Assembly (NCBI GenBank): GCA_963758295.1
Contig: CAVWUU010000004.1
Location: 576,001-640,000, forward strand
Origin: Candidatus Eremiobacteria bacterium
Lineage (GTDB): Bacteria > Vulcanimicrobiota > Vulcanimicrobiia > Vulcanimicrobiales > Vulcanimicrobiaceae
Direction of reading: 5' to 3'
Length of the DNA: 64,000 nucleotides
In this document: positions 57,658 through 64,000 of the stretch, piece after piece
Layout: each line of letters begins with the position of its first letter
Numbering within the stretch: position 1 is the stretch's first letter
Notes under the pieces: generated by a model
Seen by the model: the letters and a program-made list of their open reading frames with translations, nothing else
Databases searched by the model: none
What the model was told of the DNA's origin: nothing
Program-made: the position numbers and the translations under genes

Positions 57658-59472
57658 GTGCATTTAACGACGCTCGACTGGGTGATTCTCTGCGTTTCCC
57701 TCGCGGTAACGTTTACGCCCGCGATTCTGCTGGCGCGGCGGGCCGGGAAGAATACGACGGAGTTCTTTGCGGCAGGGCGGCAAGCGCCGTGGTGGCTGAT
57801 CGGAGTTTCGCTCGTCGCAACCACGTTCAGCACCGATACTCCGAATCTGGTAACGAACTTCGTTCGCACCGGCGGCGTCGCGGCGAACTGGCAGTGGTGG
57901 GCGTTTCTTCTTACCGGCATGGCGACCGTGTTTTTCTACGCGCGGTTATGGCGGCGTAGCGGCGTACTCACCGACTTGCAGTTGTACGAACTGCGCTACA
58001 GCGGAAAGCCGGCGGAGTTTTTGCGGTGGTTCCGCGCCGTATACCTCGGCTTCTTCTTCAATATCATGATTATCGCGTCGGTGAATCTCGCGGCGGCGAA
58101 GATCGCGAGCGTGTTGTTCGGTTTGCCCGAAGTGCTGACGCTTGCGGTGGCGGGTGTCGTGGTCGTCATCTTTGCGGCAACGGCCGGTCTTTGGGGCGTT
58201 ATGGTGACGGACACGATTCAATTCGTGATCACTATGTCGAGCGCATTTGCGGCGGCCTACTACGCATTGCATTCACCGAAGGTGGCTGCGTTCGGAGGTC
58301 TGCGTGGAATGCTCGCACACTTTCAAGCGACGAATCCACACGCACTCACCGTTCTTCCGGACTTCTCGAACTGGGCGGTGGCGCTGTCGATTTTCATCAT
58401 TCCGGTTACCGTGCAGTGGTGGTCGGTCTGGTATCCCGGCGCCGAACCGGGCGGCGGCAGCTACGTAGCGCAACGCATGCTTTCCGCTCGGCGCGAAACC
58501 GACGCGGTGTGGGGAACGCTTCTGTTTCAGGCGGCGCATTACGCTTTGCGGCCCTGGCCGTGGATTATCGTCGCACTCGCCTCGATGATCGCATACCCGA
58601 CGCTCGGCGACATTCACCGGGCCTTTCCGCACGTCGATCCTCACTTGATCGGCGACGACATTGCGTACCCGGCGATGCTCGTGTTTCTTCCGGCCGGGTG
58701 GGCGGGCTTCATGGTAGCGGGTCTGTTTGCCGCGTATCGTTCCACGCTCGAATCACATCTGAACTGGGGCACGTCGTATCTCGTGCACGACTTCTACCGG
58801 CGTTTCTTTAATCCGGGCGCGCCGGAAAAGCACTACGTTATGATGGGGCGCATCGTTACGGCCCTCATCATGGTCGCCGCATTCGGCTTCACGCTGATTT
58901 TGAACACGGCGAAGGATACGTTCCAGCTGATTCTGCAGATCGGCGCGGGCACCGGCTTGATCTACTTACTGCGCTGGTATTGGTGGCGCATTAACGCGTG
59001 GACGGAAATTGCCGGGATGGCATCGTCGTTCGTCATATCGCTCGTCATCTTTTTCCTCGGGAAATTTGGGCATCCAATCGATCAGGTCCCGGCACTCCTG
59101 TGGACCGTCGGATTATCGACGATCGTGTGGCTCACCGTCACCTTCCTAACGAAGCCCGTGGACAGCGAAACCCTCGCCACATTCTATGCAAAAGTTCGTC
59201 CGGCCGGCCCCGGTTGGCAGCGCACGCGCGCGCAGACCGGTCTTGGACCTTCTCCCGATAGTTTGCCGAATTCGCTCCTCGGTTGGGTCCTCGGGTTGCT
59301 CTGCATTTACTCGGCACTCTTCGGCGCAGGCGCGTTCCTTTACGGACATGCGACCGCCGGTGCGATCTACACGGTAGTATTCATCGGCTCGCTCGTGTGG
59401 CTCGTTCGGCTCACGTCATATGTGTGGCGCAGCGGTTCCAGCGTGGAACCGGCAGCGGAGGCAACGCCTTGA
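57658..59472 (+). CDS. Sodium:solute symporter (SSF)
   Basis: FFAAGR..PWW, ATTFSTDTP, GGGSYVAQR, many TM helices; AAGGAG before GTG. Confidence 0.92.
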   Translation: MHLTTLDWVILCVSLAVTFTPAILLARRAGKNTTEFFAAGRQAPWWLIGVSLVATTFSTDTPNLVTNFVRTGGVAANWQWWAFLLTGMATVFFYARLWRRSGVLTDLQLYELRYSGKPAEFLRWFRAVYLGFFFNIMIIASVNLAAAKIASVLFGLPEVLTLAVAGVVVVIFAATAGLWGVMVTDTIQFVITMSSAFAAAYYALHSPKVAAFGGLRGMLAHFQATNPHALTVLPDFSNWAVALSIFIIPVTVQWWSVWYPGAEPGGGSYVAQRMLSARRETDAVWGTLLFQAAHYALRPWPWIIVALASMIAYPTLGDIHRAFPHVDPHLIGDDIAYPAMLVFLPAGWAGFMVAGLFAAYRSTLESHLNWGTSYLVHDFYRRFFNPGAPEKHYVMMGRIVTALIMVAAFGFTLILNTAKDTFQLILQIGAGTGLIYLLRWYWWRINAWTEIAGMASSFVISLVIFFLGKFGHPIDQVPALLWTVGLSTIVWLTVTFLTKPVDSETLATFYAKVRPAGPGWQRTRAQTGLGPSPDSLPNSLLGWVLGLLCIYSALFGAGAFLYGHATAGAIYTVVFIGSLVWLVRLTSYVWRSGSSVEPAAEATP

Positions 59473-61265
59473 TTCCATTGATCTTGGCGGCTGCCGCAAG
59501 CGTTCTGCCGGTGATTCCACTGCCCCGTTCTGCCGTGCGGCATGACGGGTCGTATGCGCTTAAACAAAGCGTAACGATCGAAGCGTCAACGGCCGACGAG
59601 CGCAACGTCGCGGAATTCACGCGCGCGTTTCTTCAGATGCGTGGACTGCAGGTGACGATTGTCTCGCACGGGGCCGCCGATATCGCGTTCCAGGGAGACG
59701 CCCACGATGCAACGCTCGGCACCGAAGGATACCGGCTTCGTTCCGCCGCGGAGGGCGTTCGCATCACCGCCAACGGCGGGCCCGGACTATTTTACGGCCT
59801 GCAGACGTTGGAGCAGCTCTTGCCGCCCGGAGCTACCAACGAAATCGCCCGCGTCGATATCACGGATTCACCCTCGTACGCATATCGCGGAATCCACCTG
59901 GACGTAGCGCGCCATTTCTTTCCCATATCTTTCGTTGAGAAGTACATCGACATAGCAGCGCGCTATAAGCTCAATTCCTTCCACTGGCACCTGACCGACG
60001 ATCAGGGCTGGCGCATCGAGATCAGAAAATACCCGCGGCTCACGAGCGTTGCGTCTTGCCGCAGCGGCACGATGCTTGGTCACGATTTCAGCTCGGACGA
60101 CAAACAACGCTATTGCGGATACTACACGCAAGACGAGATCCGGCAAGTCGTCGCCTATGCGAAAAAGCGTTACGTGACGATCGTGCCGGAAATCGAGATG
60201 CCCGGACATTCGGTTGAGGTCCTCGCCGCGTATCCGCAGTTAGCATGCGCGCCGGGTCACTACGAAGTGCGCCGCACGTGGGGCGTCTCAGATCAGATCG
60301 TCTGTCCATCGGAGCAGACGATCGCGTTCTACGAAGACGTGCTCCGCGAAGTCATCGCGCTCTTCCCCGGCCCGTACATTCATACCGGCGGCGACGAAGC
60401 GCCGAAAGCCGCCTGGAAAAATAGCGCGCTCGTGCAGTCGTTGAAGCGAAAGTACCATTTGCAGAACGACGATGCGGTGCAAGGGTGGTTCGACACCCGC
60501 ATAGAGGCGTTCTTGCGCGCGCACGGCAGACGGATGATCGGATGGGACGAGATTCTCGGCGGCAACGTTTCGCGCAGCGCCATCGTCATGTCGTGGCGCG
60601 GCGTCGCCGGGGGCGTGATCGCGGCGATGCGGGGCAACGACGTTATCATGTCGCCCGACGGGCCGCTCTACTTCGATGCCTCGGCCGGCGACGGCGCGTT
60701 CGAACCACTGAACATCGGCGGCAAGACGACGCTGCGCGACGTTTACGATTTCGATCCCGGCATCGACGCGCTTCCGCCGGAGCAAGCCAAACACGTGCTC
60801 GGCGCGCAGGCGAATCTGTGGACCGAATACATTCCGACGCAAGCGCAAGCGGAGTACATGCTGATGCCCCGCCTGCTCGCGCTGGCGGAGCTCACCTGGA
60901 CGCCCGTCGAAGAGAAAGACTGGGACAGCTTCGTGGCGCGCACGCCAAATCAGTATGCGCGGCTCGAACAGGAGCAGTTCCAATTTCGCATTCCCGAACC
61001 GGTGGGGCTTGCCGATACGAACACCGACAAGCCGTCGATCGCGGTGTCGCTTTCGAGCCCCGTACCGGGCGCAAGACTTTTCTATACGACCGACGGAACG
61101 ATGCCGACCGCATCGTCAACGGCATATACGCAGCCCATCACGCTGAATTTGCAACCGGGAGAAACGAAGATCGTGCGAGTGATAACGATTTTGGCTTCGG
61201 GCCGCATGAGCGCGCCCGCGCAAGCTCTCTACGAGCGCACGCTTTTGACGCCGGCGGTGCCGTAA
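59469..61265 (+). CDS. GH20 beta-N-acetylhexosaminidase with C-terminal CHB_HEX/Fn3-associated domain
   Basis: RGIHLDVARHF, HWHLTDDQGWR, EMPGH, HTGGDE, LWTEY, YTTDGTMP; start at the TTGA overlap. Confidence 0.95.
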   Translation: MIPLILAAAASVLPVIPLPRSAVRHDGSYALKQSVTIEASTADERNVAEFTRAFLQMRGLQVTIVSHGAADIAFQGDAHDATLGTEGYRLRSAAEGVRITANGGPGLFYGLQTLEQLLPPGATNEIARVDITDSPSYAYRGIHLDVARHFFPISFVEKYIDIAARYKLNSFHWHLTDDQGWRIEIRKYPRLTSVASCRSGTMLGHDFSSDDKQRYCGYYTQDEIRQVVAYAKKRYVTIVPEIEMPGHSVEVLAAYPQLACAPGHYEVRRTWGVSDQIVCPSEQTIAFYEDVLREVIALFPGPYIHTGGDEAPKAAWKNSALVQSLKRKYHLQNDDAVQGWFDTRIEAFLRAHGRRMIGWDEILGGNVSRSAIVMSWRGVAGGVIAAMRGNDVIMSPDGPLYFDASAGDGAFEPLNIGGKTTLRDVYDFDPGIDALPPEQAKHVLGAQANLWTEYIPTQAQAEYMLMPRLLALAELTWTPVEEKDWDSFVARTPNQYARLEQEQFQFRIPEPVGLADTNTDKPSIAVSLSSPVPGARLFYTTDGTMPTASSTAYTQPITLNLQPGETKIVRVITILASGRMSAPAQALYERTLLTPAVP

Positions 61266-64000
61266 ATGCTGCCGTTAATCGGCGCGGCGCTACTCGCCGC
61301 CGCACTCAATCCCGTAACGCTGGTCGATCCCTTCGTCGGCACATCCGGCACGGTCATCGGCGGACCGGTCGATGATTATCCCGGCGCAGACGCGCCCTTC
61401 GGCATGGTGCAATGGAGTCCCGACACGCCGTCCTCGCCGCCGAGCGGCGCGTATGATTATAAAGATACCGCCCTCACCGGTTTTAGCTTGACGCATATTT
61501 CCGGCGCAGGCTGCAACATCTTCACCGATTTCCGCGTGACGCCCACCGTGGGCACCGTTCAAGATCCGGCAAACGTAAAGTTGGCGTTCTCGCACGCCGG
61601 CGAAACCGCAACGCCCGGATACTACGCCGTTACGGCCGGTTCGCCGGCGATTAAAACGGAGCTTGCCGTTACGCCGCGGACCGGAGCCGGCGCATTTACG
61701 TTTCCCGCGGTACCGCAAGCCAATCTTCTGATCAACGTTTCTTCAGATCAAGCGGGCGCAAACGATTCATCTTTCACGGTCAGCGGCCCGAGGGAAATCA
61801 GCGGATCGGTAACGAGCGGCTCGTTTTGCGGATTGCCGAACACGTTCACGGCGTACGTCGTGATGCGATTCGACCGGCCGTTCGCCTCGTACGGAACGTG
61901 GCACGGCACAACCGTTGAACCGAACACGTCTTCCGTTCGCGGACCCAATGCCGGCGGCTACGTGACGTTCGACACGCGCACGAACGCAACGGTTCATGCG
62001 CAGGTTTCCGTTTCCTGGGTTTCCGTCGACGGTGCGCGCGCGAACCTGCAGGCCGAGGCGAAAACCTGGGACGTAGGTGCGGTGCGCGATGCGACGGCGG
62101 CAGCGTGGCAACGTTTGCTTTCCGAAGTTTCCGTTGAGGGCGGTACGCCCGCAGAACAACGCACGTTTTACACGGCGCTGTACCATTCGCTGCTCTTTCC
62201 GAGCCTCTTTAGCGACGCCGACGGCTCGTATCGCGGCTTTGATAACCGCGTGCATCACGTGGCGCCGGGACACGCGGAATATGCGAATTTCTCCGGGTGG
62301 GACATCTACCGCACGCAAATTCCGCTCATTGCCTTACTGGCACCGCATGAAACGAGTGACATGATGCGTTCGATGGTTGATGCATCCGCACAGATGGGCT
62401 GGCTGCCGAAGTGGCCGGTGGCCAACGGCGAAAGCGGTGTAATGGGCGGTGACTCCGCCGACCCGATTCTTGCCGGCGCCTACGCATATGGCGCGCGCGA
62501 CTTCAACGCTCGAGCCGCACTGCGGGCGATGGTAAAAGGCGCGAGTGACACGGCCGGCGTGCCCGGGCAGGGCTGGTACGTGGAACGCCAAGGGCTGGAC
62601 GAGTACCTTCATTACGGCTACGTTACGAACGCTCATACCACCGACGTTTCGCCCGTGCCCAACGGCGCCTCGGTAACGCTGGAGTATTCGGTCGATGACT
62701 TCGCAATTGCCGAATTCGCGCGCGCGGTCGGTGACACCGCCACGTATAACACTTATCTGCGACGCTCGCAAAATTGGACGCATCTGTACGATAATTCGAA
62801 CGGCCTCATCGCGCCGCGCGACGGCGACGGCGCGTTCATGGATACGCCGATCACCGAAAGCGGCCAAAGCGGATTCCAAGAAGGCAACTCGTGGCAATAC
62901 ACCTGGATGGTGCCGCAAAATCTCGGGGGGCTCGTTTATGCAATGGGCGGGCGTGATGCGGCGCGCTCGCGCCTTGACTGGTTCTTCTCCCAGCTAAATG
63001 CAGGGCCGGCGCAACCGTTTGCGTGGTACGGCAATGAGCCCGGTTTCGCAGCCGCGTGGACGTATCTTTATGCCGGTGCACCGTACCGGGAAGAAGCGGT
63101 GGCGCGGCAAGTTATGTCGACGCTTTACCTGGACGCTCCCGACGGAATCCCGGGCAACGACGATCTGGGTGCAATGAGCTCCTGGTACGCGTGGAATGCG
63201 ATGGGGCTCTATCCGATCGATCCGCCGGTTCCACTATTGCTGGTCGGCACGCCGCTGTTCACGCACGTTACGCTTCATTCGCCCGGCGGAACGACGCTGG
63301 ACATCGACGCGCCCAATGCGGGCGACGGCGCGCCGTACGTTCGCGGATTGCGGATCGACGGCATCGCCACGAACAAGGCATGGTTGCGCCTGCCGCTCGG
63401 AGGCGCCACTGCGCTTTCATTCGACGTCGGCTCGGATCCGAATACGCAATTCGGCGCCGCGATCGCTGACGCGCCGCCCTCCTTCGGCATCGGACCGCTC
63501 GCGTTTCCCCCATCGACGCTCGCGTCGCTCACTGCGCCGCCGGCGTTCCTCGACGCGCAAACAACCAATGCCGGAACGCTCGCGTTTACCGTTTCAAATC
63601 CGGATTCCAAACCGGCAAGGGTTCGTCTCTCGGCGAGCACGACGCCGGGCGTTACGGCTTCGTTGGAAACGACCTCCATCACGGTTCCCGCTGCTTCAAG
63701 CGCGACGGTTAATGTAGGCGTAAAGACGACGCAACGGGGACTCTTCGACGTCTTCTTGCGTGGCAACGCCGCGAACGGCGCGGTGCTGTCGCACGCAACG
63801 GGCGTCGTTCGCGTCGCCGGGAACGCTGCGCTGCCGCTCGGTTTCGTAGCCAACTTCAGCGGAAACACCGTCATGCCGATCGATCCGCGCACCCATGCGT
63901 ACGGCGTGCCGATTCCCGTCGGAAAGAGTCCGGGCGGCATTGCGCTCTCGCCCGATAATGCGCGCGCGTATGTCGCGAATCAGGCGAGCAACGACGTTTC
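61266..64000 (+). CDS. GH92 alpha-mannosidase with C-terminal YVTN-type propeller repeats, 3'-truncated by window edge
   Basis: Read manually (absent from the ORF track): VDPFVGT, PFGMVQWSPDT, THISGAGC, WDIYR, PGNDDLGAMSSWY, AYVANQASNDV; start, PGNDD motif and end checked in the same frame. Confidence 0.93.
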   Translation, partial: MLPLIGAALLAAALNPVTLVDPFVGTSGTVIGGPVDDYPGADAPFGMVQWSPDTPSSPPSGAYDYKDTALTGFSLTHISGAGCNIFTDFRVTPTVGTVQDPANVKLAFSHAGETATPGYYAVTAGSPAIKTELAVTPRTGAGAFTFPAVPQANLLINVSSDQAGANDSSFTVSGPREISGSVTSGSFCGLPNTFTAYVVMRFDRPFASYGTWHGTTVEPNTSSVRGPNAGGYVTFDTRTNATVHAQVSVSWVSVDGARANLQAEAKTWDVGAVRDATAAAWQRLLSEVSVEGGTPAEQRTFYTALYHSLLFPSLFSDADGSYRGFDNRVHHVAPGHAEYANFSGWDIYRTQIPLIALLAPHETSDMMRSMVDASAQMGWLPKWPVANGESGVMGGDSADPILAGAYAYGARDFNARAALRAMVKGASDTAGVPGQGWYVERQGLDEYLHYGYVTNAHTTDVSPVPNGASVTLEYSVDDFAIAEFARAVGDTATYNTYLRRSQNWTHLYDNSNGLIAPRDGDGAFMDTPITESGQSGFQEGNSWQYTWMVPQNLGGLVYAMGGRDAARSRLDWFFSQLNAGPAQPFAWYGNEPGFAAAWTYLYAGAPYREEAVARQVMSTLYLDAPDGIPGNDDLGAMSSWYAWNAMGLYPIDPPVPLLLVGTPLFTHVTLHSPGGTTLDIDAPNAGDGAPYVRGLRIDGIATNKAWLRLPLGGATALSFDVGSDPNTQFGAAIADAPPSFGIGPLAFPPSTLASLTAPPAFLDAQTTNAGTLAFTVSNPDSKPARVRLSASTTPGVTASLETTSITVPAASSATVNVGVKTTQRGLFDVFLRGNAANGAVLSHATGVVRVAGNAALPLGFVANFSGNTVMPIDPRTHAYGVPIPVGKSPGGIALSPDNARAYVANQASNDV

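Noticed and set aside
61290..63940. Short ORFs listed by the track in the last 2.7 kb
   Set aside because: All overlap the GH92 frame, which the track omitted because it has no stop inside the window
1..64000. tRNA, rRNA, riboswitches, IS transposases
   Set aside because: None recognised by eye; a covariance-model scan would be needed to exclude small RNAs

Overview
GC-rich chromosomal window from a diderm bacterium (TonB receptor, RND outer-membrane factor). The style suggests Ca. Eremiobacterota/Vulcanimicrobiota, but that is inference only. Contents in order: a partial NarL-type two-component pair; a galactose/galactofuranose cluster (small leader ORF, galT, galK, GH43, glycosyltransferase, glf, GH1-like, galM); DUF2252; a Phd-VapC toxin-antitoxin pair; two outer-membrane proteins; Uma2; a hydroxyproline catabolic cluster whose deaminase is frameshifted; a DEDDh exonuclease; an RND efflux operon with three small secreted proteins; a double-aspartyl-protease/PDZ protein; two unannotated micro-ORFs; YsnF; SolA; PadR (frameshifted) with a membrane partner; and a large L-fucose/glycan locus (two GH29, FadR, non-phosphorylative fucose enzymes, ABC transporter, GH3, SSF symporter, GH20, partial GH92). 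The most striking non-coding signal is one CGTC-tagged REP-like family. It has two covarying stem variants and forms five locally homogenised arrays of REPIN-like doublets or single arms. It also shows collapsed 11-bp remnants, one in-frame copy inside a fucosidase, and copies that supply the stop codons of two genes. No transposase, CRISPR-Cas, rRNA or tRNA was recognised. All calls are from motif reading by eye; no database search was run.
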